Source: Candidatus Marinacidobacterales bacterium (GTDB taxonomy: Bacteria; Acidobacteriota; Vicinamibacteria; Marinacidobacterales; SMYC01). From it: a stretch of 64,000 nucleotides of DNA. Position numbers and translations under genes: made by a program. Where the stretch lies: contig CBDCYI010000004.1 of assembly GCA_965224085.1 (NCBI GenBank), forward strand, positions 288,001 to 352,000, in the 5' to 3' direction. The notes under the pieces are model-generated. The model was not told where the DNA came from, searched no databases, and worked only from the letters and a program-made list of their open reading frames with translations. Below, piece by piece: positions 18,535-28,412 of the stretch (the first letter of the stretch is position 1; every line of letters starts with the position of its first letter).

Positions 18535-20328
18535 TTACGGCTCGTTGCCAGGAGGGTCCGGCAGGGGAAGTGACGCCGCCTGCCAGAGTTTTTCCATCTC
18601 GTCGTCGAGGCCGGTCATCTCCCAACGGGAGAGTGCGATCGGAATCGAGCCTAGCGCCAGGAACTGATCGTGGAACTCCCGGAAATCGAACCGGTCGGCC
18701 AACTGCATCCTCCTGTCGGCGAGCAATCGATAGATCTGGGTCAGACCGAGCATGCAGGTGTCCGTTGTACCCCGCTCGATGACCGGATAGGTCTCCTCGA
18801 AAGCCTCCTCCGGCCGAGCGCCCAGGCTGGGTCCCAGATTCGGAGGCAGTCGATCGGTCAACCACTCGAGCGCCTCCTTCACGGTTAGCTGTCCGTCGAG
18901 GAGGCGGATACCCTGGAGCACGCGCAACGACCGCTGGTACATGTTGACGTAGACCTGCTCTCGAGCTCGCGGACCTCGCACGTACGGGAAATCCAGCATG
19001 AGCGGCATCTCTTCGTTGTAGAAGCACCATCCCTGACTGTGCACCGGGTCCCGATGCCCCCGGCGTACCGGGCAGGGATTGCGCCGGTGAAGCTCACGCT
19101 CAAGGTAGTGCCCCGGATAGTACTCGTGCATGTGAAGCACTCCGGGTGCCGTCCGAAAGCCCATGTTCGAATACTGCCACTTCCAGTGGTCCACGGGGTA
19201 GATGATGATCCGCCTCGCGGGCTCCTCCGGAGTTCCTCCCTGCGCGTCTTCTTGACGCTCCGGGAAGTACATCTCGCCAAAGGGGGGCTGAAAGAGGCCC
19301 ACCGACGACTTCACCGGAAGCGCGTAATCCGGCTCGGTGAGAAGGTCCTTGTAGAAGCGCCGGATGCGAAGCGAGGTCTCGTCGTCCCAGGCCAGGTACT
19401 TCTCCGCGGTCTCGGCCGGTCCAATCTGGGGCAGGTAGCGGTTCTTGAACTGCTCGAACTGGAAGAAGGAGAGAGCGCGAGCGCGCTCCATCGCCGCCAT
19501 AGCGAGAAGCTCATCGGCGCCGTGAGGAACGAGCCGCACGCGGCGAAGATGCCACGTATAGGTGTCCTTACCCAGGACGTAGGAGCCGCTCATCTGCGCT
19601 CGGCTCTCCTCCAGCCACTCGCCGAAAGCGGACAGGGCTTTGGCCGCCCGCGCCGCGGCCGGGCCAAGCTCGCTCGCCTCCGGCTCCGGAAAATGAGGCT
19701 TCATCAACTGGACCCAGTCGGCGTAGTCCCGCTCGATGTCCTTGAGACCGCGCGATTGGTTGAAGTCGATGAGGTAGCCGCCGCCGGGATGGCGGAGGGC
19801 CATGTCGGCGAGCTCGGGAACCGCCTCGGTGAGATTCGCGGGCGCCTGGTTCAGAATCGCTTCGGTTTCGGCCAGAGCCTTCAAAATTGCCTGGACACGC
19901 TCTCTCGGATAGGGAACGGTGCCGGGGCGCACGCGCCGGCCGGCAATCAAATGACGGCGCACGTTTCCGATCGCCGTTTGCGTGTAGAAGACAGGGCTCC
20001 GGCTCCAGGGACGAAGAACGTGCAGGCGAAACACTTCCGCATCCATCTGGGAGCGGAGCAGCAGGTAGTCCACCTGGGCGTGAACCGAGAAGCTCCGGAC
20101 GTCGGGCAGCCGAGACAAACGCTCCTGGAACTCCCGGAGCTCCGCGACCTGTCGGGCGGCGCGATCGGCGTAGTCAGCTATGCCGTCGGGTGGCGCTCGC
20201 CATTCCTGAAAATCCCGGGCGAGCTTCAGAAGTTCGGCCGGGTGCTCGAGCTGGGCCGTCTGCCCGCCGAAGAGCACCGTGACCGGAAGCAGCACCAGAA
20301 GCGCCAGTGGGGTAACGGTCTCTCTCAT
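18535..20328 (-). CDS. Secreted DUF885-family protein
   Basis: Signal peptide; HEYYPGH; QGWCFYNEE; FDFREFHDQFLALGSIP. Confidence 0.82.
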   Translation of the reverse strand: MRETVTPLALLVLLPVTVLFGGQTAQLEHPAELLKLARDFQEWRAPPDGIADYADRAARQVAELREFQERLSRLPDVRSFSVHAQVDYLLLRSQMDAEVFRLHVLRPWSRSPVFYTQTAIGNVRRHLIAGRRVRPGTVPYPRERVQAILKALAETEAILNQAPANLTEAVPELADMALRHPGGGYLIDFNQSRGLKDIERDYADWVQLMKPHFPEPEASELGPAAARAAKALSAFGEWLEESRAQMSGSYVLGKDTYTWHLRRVRLVPHGADELLAMAAMERARALSFFQFEQFKNRYLPQIGPAETAEKYLAWDDETSLRIRRFYKDLLTEPDYALPVKSSVGLFQPPFGEMYFPERQEDAQGGTPEEPARRIIIYPVDHWKWQYSNMGFRTAPGVLHMHEYYPGHYLERELHRRNPCPVRRGHRDPVHSQGWCFYNEEMPLMLDFPYVRGPRAREQVYVNMYQRSLRVLQGIRLLDGQLTVKEALEWLTDRLPPNLGPSLGARPEEAFEETYPVIERGTTDTCMLGLTQIYRLLADRRMQLADRFDFREFHDQFLALGSIPIALSRWEMTGLDDEMEKLWQAASLPLPDPPGNEP

Positions 20329-20389
20329 TCTCGGCACCCTCTCTTACCGCTTGGCCAAAGGGAGACAAAGCAAACCGGTCATGAGCGCT

Positions 20390-23300
20390 CTAGAACAGGA
20401 GTCGAACGCCAAACCGCGCCCGGCGCGGCGGAACGATCGCCTCGGGCTCCAGGAAGTTCGTCAGCCCGAACCGTTGCTCCTGGACGTGGGTCACCGCCCC
20501 CGAGTTGAGAACGTTCAGCACGTCGAGGGTGACACCGATACGCACACCCCGGTCGAACTCGAAGAACTTCTCCACTCTCAAATTGAGGAGGTTCTGGAAG
20601 TCGACGCGGTGAGTTCCGCGAGGCTCGACCGCGACGTCGACCCGAGATTCCCGGTACCTGACTCCGTCGGCGTTGTTTTCCGGAAAGTGGATACCGCGCC
20701 GGAACTGGAAGAACGTCGCCCCCGGCAAACGCGAGCCGAGGAGCAGGTTGGCGGGGAACCCCGTTTGCCCGAGATATTGAGCGGCGAGGTTGATTTCGTA
20801 GGGAGCGACCCAAGAGAAGCTCAGCTTGAGGAGGTGCCGCGCATCGAGGGAGAGAGGACCGTCGCGGTTGATCAGATCGTTCGGGTTCCTCACGTTGAGC
20901 GAGAAACTGTCGTTGAAGTGGGTTCCGAGATTCCCGGTGCTGTCGCCCAGCGTGTAAGAGCCGAACAACTGCCAGCCATCGCGAAATCGCCGCCGGGCGA
21001 CGAACTCGACGCCCTTGTACCGCCGCTCGGCCAGATCCGAGTTCGAGCGAAAGCTGCCCGACGCGGTGAAGTCCGGCCTCACGAGGAAGATGTTCATGGG
21101 CTGGTTGTCCACCGGGTTCACCACCGATACCTCATCATACGCCTGGTCAAAGGGCCGGAGCGGATCGGTGGTCGCATACAGATCGCCGGCTTCCTTGTAC
21201 ATGCCGGTAACGCTGAAGGAGAAGTCGGCTCCCACGCCGAACTCGAATCCCACATTGACGGAATCGACGTACGGCTGTTGGAGATTGGGGTCGTGGGTGA
21301 CGGTGCCAGCAAACTCTTCCGGACTGACGACGCTATTGGAGATGAGGCGTCCCTCTTCGCCAGCCACGAAAAACAAGTCGCCATTCATCTGATCGAGAGG
21401 AAGACCCTGGCAGGAAATGGGGTTTCCGGCCGCGTCCCGGCAATCGTTCCAGTCGAATCGGGTCAAACGAGAGCTGTTGGGATTTCCGCTGCCCGCGCCC
21501 CCGATCCTGTCGTGCCAACGGCCGAAACTTCCCTTGACGATGAACTTGCCCTCGCCGGTGACATCCCAGTTGACCCCGATACGCGGAGCGATCGTGTTCC
21601 AGTTGATGATGTCGCGTCGTTCCGGCCAGAGGAAGTTGGGATGGTAGCAGTCTCTCGGGAAGTCCACGGTGTTGCCGTCATAGTCGGGACTGAAACCGCC
21701 CGGCACCACGTCACATCCGCCACGCTGCTCGGGCGTCCAGCCGTTGGAGTGCTCGAACCGGAGTCCCAGATTCAGAGTCACGTCGCCGGGAAGGCTCCAG
21801 CTGTCCTGAGCATAAAGCGCGATGATCCGATGCTCGTCCTGCGTGTCGGTTGGCTGCTGGTAGATACGGATCTGGTCCGGCACCGCGCAGTCGAGTGAAA
21901 AGCAGTCCGAGGCGCTGTCCAGATACTGTCGCATTCCGTCCGGGATCACCCGCCATCGTTGGCTCCAGAACTTCTGATGGTGGAAACCGAATTTGAAGTC
22001 ATGGTCGCCGGCCAAGTCCTTCTTGAAGTAGCTGAAGGCGCTGCGGATATCCCAGTGGTCCCGCCCATCGAAGCGGCCGCGAAGCTGATTCCACGTCCCG
22101 TAGGCGATCCCACTTCCGCGGTCTTCGTAGCCGCGCACTTCCGCGGGATCGTAGGAGCCGAACGGGAACGTGTTGTCCTCGTTGACTTTGAGCCAACCCC
22201 ACTGGGCATCGAAGATCATGCTGTCGCCGATAACAGAGCTCCATTGGGCGCTGTGGGTTTTCGGCTTCCAGAACTGTTTTCGCCAGGCGCGCTCATCGAA
22301 CCGGAACTTGGATCCGGGGTTGGACGGACGCATCCAGCGATCTTGATTGTTATAGGTGTAGCTAAATCGGCTGTTGGGAAGCGGCTGCCAAGTCCCCTTG
22401 ACCAAGAAAAGCTTCTTTCTCTCATGGATGTTGGCCTCGCTACCCAAACGGTCACGGGTTGATAAGGCGGGATAGTTGGCTTGTGCCAACTCGTTGGTGT
22501 TACGGTTGAAGTCGAAGAAGAACCAGAGCTTTTGTTTGATGACCGGGCCACCGATATTGCCTCCGAAGTTCTGGTCGCGAACGATGGCGTTCTGCTCTTG
22601 GGCGAGTCCCGAGGTGTTATTTGAAGAGACCCCCTCATCGACGATGTAGTAGTAGGTGCTCCCCGCGAAGTCGTCCCCGCCCGACTTGGTGATGAAGGTG
22701 AAAACGCCGCCGCTCGCCATGCCGTACTCCGCGGTAACGCCACTCGTCGACGCCTGCGTCAGCTCCAGCGCCTCGATAGAAAACTCGGTGCCGGAGTAGC
22801 CCGAGGGGTGCTTGGTGCTTTGACCGTCGATTATGTAGTCGTTGTCACGAACGCTGCTCCCGTGCACCGCCTGTGTGAGGGAGTAGGTATAGCGGCTCCC
22901 AGTGGTGACGCCGGGCAAGGTAGTGAGGACATCGGCGTAAGAGCGCTCGATGGGGACGTCCCTGATGAGGTCCTGATCGACAGTGTACGTTGTCACCGAG
23001 CTGCGCACATCGATCACGGGCGTCTCGCTGGTCACCGTCACAGTCTCTTCCACCGTCGTGATCGTGAGGGTTATGGGTACAGCGAATGAAACACCCGAGT
23101 CCATCGTGATCCGCTCCACCGTCAATGTCTGGAACCCCGACAAGCTCGCCTGGACCGCGTACGTGCCCGGTAGTAATCTAGGTACTCTCCACTGGCCGCG
23201 GTCATCGGTCACCGCTGTCCTCGAACCGCCGATGAGTTGAGGGCTGCTGACCGCAAGGGTCACACCAGGCAACACGCCCCCAGTAGAATCTTTCACCGTT

Positions 23301-23428
23301 CCGTAGAGCTCCGCCGTAGTTTCTTGAGCCCCGGCAGTTATCGCGTGGCACATGAATGCCAGAACCGCGGCTGCAGCCACGCCGGTACGGGGACTCCACC
23401 CTGCGGAACGAGTGTTCTCGAACACCAT
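20390..23428 (-). CDS. TonB-dependent receptor with carboxypeptidase-regulatory-like N-domain
   Basis: GTVKDSTGGVLPGVT, AEYG..GG....ITKSG, TLNLGLRFE, NVLN, C-terminal F. RBS AGGGAGGT precedes ATG 23428. Confidence 0.93.
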   Translation of the reverse strand: MVFENTRSAGWSPRTGVAAAAVLAFMCHAITAGAQETTAELYGTVKDSTGGVLPGVTLAVSSPQLIGGSRTAVTDDRGQWRVPRLLPGTYAVQASLSGFQTLTVERITMDSGVSFAVPITLTITTVEETVTVTSETPVIDVRSSVTTYTVDQDLIRDVPIERSYADVLTTLPGVTTGSRYTYSLTQAVHGSSVRDNDYIIDGQSTKHPSGYSGTEFSIEALELTQASTSGVTAEYGMASGGVFTFITKSGGDDFAGSTYYYIVDEGVSSNNTSGLAQEQNAIVRDQNFGGNIGGPVIKQKLWFFFDFNRNTNELAQANYPALSTRDRLGSEANIHERKKLFLVKGTWQPLPNSRFSYTYNNQDRWMRPSNPGSKFRFDERAWRKQFWKPKTHSAQWSSVIGDSMIFDAQWGWLKVNEDNTFPFGSYDPAEVRGYEDRGSGIAYGTWNQLRGRFDGRDHWDIRSAFSYFKKDLAGDHDFKFGFHHQKFWSQRWRVIPDGMRQYLDSASDCFSLDCAVPDQIRIYQQPTDTQDEHRIIALYAQDSWSLPGDVTLNLGLRFEHSNGWTPEQRGGCDVVPGGFSPDYDGNTVDFPRDCYHPNFLWPERRDIINWNTIAPRIGVNWDVTGEGKFIVKGSFGRWHDRIGGAGSGNPNSSRLTRFDWNDCRDAAGNPISCQGLPLDQMNGDLFFVAGEEGRLISNSVVSPEEFAGTVTHDPNLQQPYVDSVNVGFEFGVGADFSFSVTGMYKEAGDLYATTDPLRPFDQAYDEVSVVNPVDNQPMNIFLVRPDFTASGSFRSNSDLAERRYKGVEFVARRRFRDGWQLFGSYTLGDSTGNLGTHFNDSFSLNVRNPNDLINRDGPLSLDARHLLKLSFSWVAPYEINLAAQYLGQTGFPANLLLGSRLPGATFFQFRRGIHFPENNADGVRYRESRVDVAVEPRGTHRVDFQNLLNLRVEKFFEFDRGVRIGVTLDVLNVLNSGAVTHVQEQRFGLTNFLEPEAIVPPRRARFGVRLLF

Positions 23429-23506
23429 AAGTACCTCCCTCTTAAACCCCACCGAAACCCGGCGAAGTAGACTAAGACAATGAATTAAAACTCCTGGGCA
23501 AGCACA

Positions 23507-23522
23507 TGCAAGTTGTATTCCA
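23507..23522 (-). promoter_or_regulatory. Putative sigma54 (-24/-12) promoter
   Basis: TGGAAT-ACAAC-TTGCA (GG-N10-GC) about 80 nt upstream of the receptor start, with AT-rich DNA further upstream. Confidence 0.5.
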
Positions 23523-23694
23523 CTGCCAGCCACGAAAAATAACACAAAAGTCCATAGAAATAAACGTGTTAGATGGTCGTACCCCTGCCCGATACCCTTT
23601 CGTGTTCAAAAATTTGGATTTCATCCGACCGCCCAGACGGTAAGTCCGGACCCTCGATCAGATTAATCTTCTATCTGAGAATAGCTTGGAGGGA

Positions 23695-24865
23695 CTAGCG
23701 ACTGCGAAATCCGTCGTTCAGAACGTTGGATCGGCGCCTTCGGGGGATTGGATATTGACCCAAATAGTCGGAATTCATTCCTCTTCCAGGTGAGACAGTT
23801 TCGTACCGATTCGCGCTTCTGTCGCTTCCGCCCCGAATCTCGCCGCCATCCTCCGAGACATCTAGCGAATCCAGCAAGTTGTGCACGCGGTTCTCATTAG
23901 TGGGGTCCACCGCCACCCGCGCGAAGTAGAACGGCCGCCAGGCGATCGGTCGCCGGGCACCTGTGTCATTCACGACTTCCCACGTATCGCCGCGGTCGTC
24001 AGAGCGCAGCATCACGCTGCGTGTGGCCTCGACCACCGCATAAACCACCTTGGGATTCCCCTTCGCGAAGTCGAGCCCCATGCGACCGAGCTCGCCCTCG
24101 GGAAGACCTTCTTCGGGGCTCAGTTGCTTCCAGTTCTCTCCGCCGTCATACGGCACGTGGAGCCCGCTCCCCGGTCCACCCGAGCGGAAAACCCACGGCC
24201 AGCGACGATGGTCCCACATGGCCGCAATGAGGTGATTCGGGCTCGCGGGATCCATCACGAGGTCGCCGGCACCGGTGGTCTCGTTCACGTAGAGCACCTT
24301 GTCCCAGCTCTTGCCCCCGTCGGTGGTCTTGTACACCCCCCGCTCTGGGTTCTCCGCCCAGGTGTTGCCGAGAGCACCGACATTAGGCAAGCTCCGGATT
24401 GCTCGGGTGGAGCACGACCGAGTCGATCGCGCCGGTCGACTCGAGTCCCACGTGTTGCCAGTTCTTGCCCCCATCCAAAGACTTGTATACCCCGGTGCCA
24501 ACCCCCGCCGAGTTGCGGCGACCCCCTTCGCCAGTACCGATCCAGACGAGATCTGGTACCGCCTGGTTGATGGCAATGGCCCCGATCGAGGTGGCAGGCA
24601 GGCTGTCGGTAAGTGGCGTCCAGGCCACGCCGCCGGAGGTGGACTTCCATAGACCCCCGGTGGCCGACCCCACGTAGATAATGTTGGGGTCCGCGTTCAC
24701 GGCATCAATCGCACTGATACGGCCGCTCATGCCGGAGGGGCCAATGCTCCGCGCTTTCAAACCGGCGAGCCCGGTGATGTCCGTCTGGGACCGCGCCGTT
24801 GACGCCGCGGCAAGGATGGTCACGAGGAAAATCGCCAAAAGGCGGGGGGAAAGATCCGCGTGCAT
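23695..24865 (-). pseudogene. VPS10/BNR-repeat propeller protein, frameshifted and C-terminally truncated
   Basis: RSIGPSGMSGRI..GGLWKS..S.DGG..W repeats. Frameshift near 24385. Homology ends near 23840. Confidence 0.85.
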
Positions 24866-25046
24866 CGTGGCTGACTCCCTGTATTGAATTTTGGTAAATT
24901 TCGTGCGTCCCCCCGGGCGTTGCCGCACGGAATACTACACCATCACCGCGAGGTCACATCACCTTGCTTGTGGCGATCAAAAAAATCGCCGGTTAAATGT
25001 CGCCGTTAACCAGGCTTTACCCCCCTAATCGGGCGGCGTTTGCACG

Positions 25047-28007
25047 TTATCGGGCATCGGGCTGGACGCGCAGCGGACGCGAAAGCTCCTGCCCGTCGAC
25101 CCAGAGCGTGACCTCGTACTCGCCGAGACCCACCAGTGGACCCGGCCGCCCCTGCTGGCTGCCCCGGGTGAGGCGCCGGGAATCGTTGCTGCCCACCCGC
25201 TGCCAAGGCGGGGGGGGAGAGCGCGAAGGTTTCCTCAAGTCCCACACCAACCTGTTGAGACCCTCCCGGGAGGACCCGGAGAGCTCGCGTACCAGCCTCC
25301 CTTCGGCATCTTGAATGGTAATCGTCACCGGTGCCGCCCGCGTCTCGCGGAGAAAGTAGTAGATCGTGGCCCCCGGGGGAGCCAGCTCGCTCCGATCGGT
25401 TTCCGACACCAGCTCGCTGTAGGGGTTTTTAGCGGCGAAACGCCGCGCGCCGCTCGCGCCCTTGTTCCTGGTGATGTCGACGTCGAGGAGCGTCGCGGGC
25501 TCCACCGCGAAGAGATGCGCCGGGCTTTCGAGCACCTCGCGGGTGAGCGCTCGAAGAGGCGCGATGTTCATGATGTAGATGCTTCGACCGTGCGTTCCGG
25601 CGACCAGATCGGCTTCCCGCGGGTGAATCACCATGTCCCTCACCGGGACCGTCGGGAGACCGTTGCGCAGAGCGAGCCAGTGCTCGCCAGCGTCGATGGA
25701 GACGAACGCCCCGTTCTCGGTTCCGACGAACAAGAGGTCCCGGTTGACTCGATCCTCTCTGATGACTCTGACCGGTACCCCGGCAGGAAGACTTCCACCG
25801 ATGGGTTCCCAGGTTCCGCCGTAGTCCCGCGTGCGAAAAAGATAAACGCCGAAATCGTCGTTCCGGTGATCATCGAAGGCCGCATAGACGGTGGCGACAT
25901 CGAAATGAGATGCCTCCAGGGAGCTGACCCACGCACGCGGCGATCCCCCGGTGTCCGCGGGAAGTCCGGCAATCCGTGCGGCTACGTTCGTCCAGGAGCT
26001 GCCGCCGTCACGGCTGATGTGCAGGTTCCCGTCGTCCGTGCCCGCCCAGAGCACGGCGGGCCCGAGGGGCGATGCGGCAATGGCGGTGATCGTGGCTCCC
26101 TCGCCGGTGTCGCGACTGGGCCGGCCCTTGGACAGATCGGGGCTGACCGCCGTCCAGCTCTCGCCTCGGTCGTCCGTCTTCAGGAGCATCTGAGCGCCGA
26201 GGTAAAGCGTCGAGGAATCGTGCGCGGACATGACGAAAGGGGTGTTGAAATTGAATCGGAGTTTTTTATCACCGGCGCGGGGACGGATAGATGTCCTCAC
26301 ACCTTTTTTCATGTCGAGCCGGTGGATGTTGGCGTACTGGGACTCGATGTAGATCGTCGCCGGATCGCCCGGGTCGACCTGGACGTAACCACCGTCGGCG
26401 GTGCCGAGCTTGAACCAGTCCCTGTCGGCGATTCCACTCCGATGGCGGGTTGCGCTCGGCCCGCCCCAGCTGCCGTTGTCTTGAAGTCCGCCATAGACCC
26501 AGTAGGGTTGCTGCATGTCGACCGCTATTCCGACGAACTGTCCGACGGGCATGGGATGATTCTCCCAATGGTCCCCACCGTCGTAGCTGGTGAAGAGCCC
26601 GCCGTCGCTGCCCACGATCAGGTGGTCCGAGTTCTCCGGGTCGATCCACATGGCGTGGAAGTCGCCGTGGATGAAATCGCTGGTCAGCCAGGACGAGAAG
26701 GCCCAGCCCTTTTGTTGCAACCGACGCCCACCGTCCGTGGACTCCCAGGTTCGGACCCAAAGCACATAGACGTGGTCCGCGTCGGCGGGGTCCACCCGGA
26801 TCTGGGAGTAATAGCCTTCCCTTTCGTTCAGCTTGTTGACGCGTCTCCAACTTTCCCCCTTGTCGTCCGATCGAAACAGCCCGCCGCCGGTGTCCAGCTC
26901 ATCGAGGTCCAGAAGAACACGCATCTGCGCCTGCTGGCGGCGGCCCAATCCGGCCACGATGCTGCCCGACAAATCTCCCGGTGGTGCCGCCCCCATCATA
27001 AGCTCGATCCGAGCGAGCTCGGACTGGTCCGGTCTCTCATCCTGCCGCAGGAGCTCGCGTAGCCGGTCGACGCTCGCCTCCGGCGGGTGGATCCAACGCG
27101 GCGCGACCTCCACGATCGCATAGACGATGTCGGGGTTGGCGGGCGCGACAGCGATGCCGATGCGCCCCACGCGCTCGCTCGGCAAACCCGCACGGAGCGG
27201 GCTCCACGTCTCGCCGCCGTCGGTGGTCTTGTAGAGACCGCCGCCGTCGAGCACGTAGATGCCGACGCTGTCGAAGTCATCGAAGCGGTCGCTGCGGCGG
27301 GCGTAGGCGGCGGCATACAGCGTGTTCCGATCCGCGGGATCCATGGCCACGTCGACGAAACCCACGTCTTCGCCGATGAACATGGCCTTGCGCCACGTCT
27401 CGCCGCCGTCCGTCGTCTTGTAGAGGCCTCTTTCCGCGTTGGGACCCCAGAGATGCCCCAAGGCCGCGACGTACACGATGTCGGGATCGACGGGGTCGAT
27501 CACGATCCGGCCGATGTGGTGCGTGTCGGCGAGTCCCATGCGCTTCCAGGTGCTCCCGCCGTCCCCCGACTTGTACACCCCGTCACCCCATGAGCTGTAA
27601 CTGCTCGCGTTCGCTTCTCCGGTTCCCACCCACACCACGTTCGGGTCGGAGTCGGAAACGGCGATGGCTCCGATGGAGCTCGATCCTTGTTCGTCAAAGA
27701 TTGGCAGCCAGGTGGTCCCGTTGTTGATCGTCTTCCACACACCGCCGGTAGCGGTGGCACAGTAGACGGTATAGCTCTCCTTCCTGGGAACGGCGATGTC
27801 GGTCACGCGGCCGCTCATATGAGCGGGCCCGATCAAGCGCCAACGCAAGGGCGTGAGCTCCGCCTCTGTCACGCCGAGCGACTCGGCCCAGCCGAGCAAG
27901 GGGACGGTAAGGGTGGCTGCCAAGGCGCCGGCCAGCCCGAAACGAGATCGGAATGTCGTCCGTCGCGACGAGCGCCGTCCCCTCGAAGAGCGTCCGAACG
28001 CACTCAT
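25047..28007 (-). CDS. VPS10/sortilin-like BNR-repeat beta-propeller protein, secreted
   Basis: WRLIGPAHMSGRV, many T/SxDGGxTW repeats, GGLQDNG, GTHGRS. Start codon uncertain. Confidence 0.9.
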   Translation of the reverse strand: MSAFGRSSRGRRSSRRTTFRSRFGLAGALAATLTVPLLGWAESLGVTEAELTPLRWRLIGPAHMSGRVTDIAVPRKESYTVYCATATGGVWKTINNGTTWLPIFDEQGSSSIGAIAVSDSDPNVVWVGTGEANASSYSSWGDGVYKSGDGGSTWKRMGLADTHHIGRIVIDPVDPDIVYVAALGHLWGPNAERGLYKTTDGGETWRKAMFIGEDVGFVDVAMDPADRNTLYAAAYARRSDRFDDFDSVGIYVLDGGGLYKTTDGGETWSPLRAGLPSERVGRIGIAVAPANPDIVYAIVEVAPRWIHPPEASVDRLRELLRQDERPDQSELARIELMMGAAPPGDLSGSIVAGLGRRQQAQMRVLLDLDELDTGGGLFRSDDKGESWRRVNKLNEREGYYSQIRVDPADADHVYVLWVRTWESTDGGRRLQQKGWAFSSWLTSDFIHGDFHAMWIDPENSDHLIVGSDGGLFTSYDGGDHWENHPMPVGQFVGIAVDMQQPYWVYGGLQDNGSWGGPSATRHRSGIADRDWFKLGTADGGYVQVDPGDPATIYIESQYANIHRLDMKKGVRTSIRPRAGDKKLRFNFNTPFVMSAHDSSTLYLGAQMLLKTDDRGESWTAVSPDLSKGRPSRDTGEGATITAIAASPLGPAVLWAGTDDGNLHISRDGGSSWTNVAARIAGLPADTGGSPRAWVSSLEASHFDVATVYAAFDDHRNDDFGVYLFRTRDYGGTWEPIGGSLPAGVPVRVIREDRVNRDLLFVGTENGAFVSIDAGEHWLALRNGLPTVPVRDMVIHPREADLVAGTHGRSIYIMNIAPLRALTREVLESPAHLFAVEPATLLDVDITRNKGASGARRFAAKNPYSELVSETDRSELAPPGATIYYFLRETRAAPVTITIQDAEGRLVRELSGSSREGLNRLVWDLRKPSRSPPPPWQRVGSNDSRRLTRGSQQGRPGPLVGLGEYEVTLWVDGQELSRPLRVQPDAR

Positions 28008-28412
28008 GCCCCACAGCCTATCCACATGGGCTGGGCACTCCCGGGGAACGGACATCCGAAAAACTCCGTAACGGCGAAATGTTAGACCAAGGGCGACGCA
28101 ATGGGATAGAGACAGAAGCGGCCTCGCCAGGGAAACTGTCTCCCGGGAATGCCCGACAAGACAGATTTGGTAGCACTCTGCTTCTGTCCCCCTCCTTTTG
28201 ATGCCCATTGTCGTATGATTGATGTTGTGGTCCGCAAGAGCGGACTCGAGAAGCTTTCAGGTCCGGCAAAGCGCCTGCGAGCTTCGAGCCCAGCGGCACC
28301 CCAGTACTGGCCGCGGGAGAGTTCGCCTCTTGGAGCGACGCGGGGCCATCGCGAGAGTGTCTGTATCGGCGGCTGGTAAGCTCGTCGACGCTGGCTCGGG
28401 GAGGGTCATATC

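Noticed and set aside
20279-27062. Long plus-strand ORFs (539 aa, 583 aa; also 19039..20508)
   Set aside because: Antisense shadows of GC-rich real genes with no recognisable motifs.
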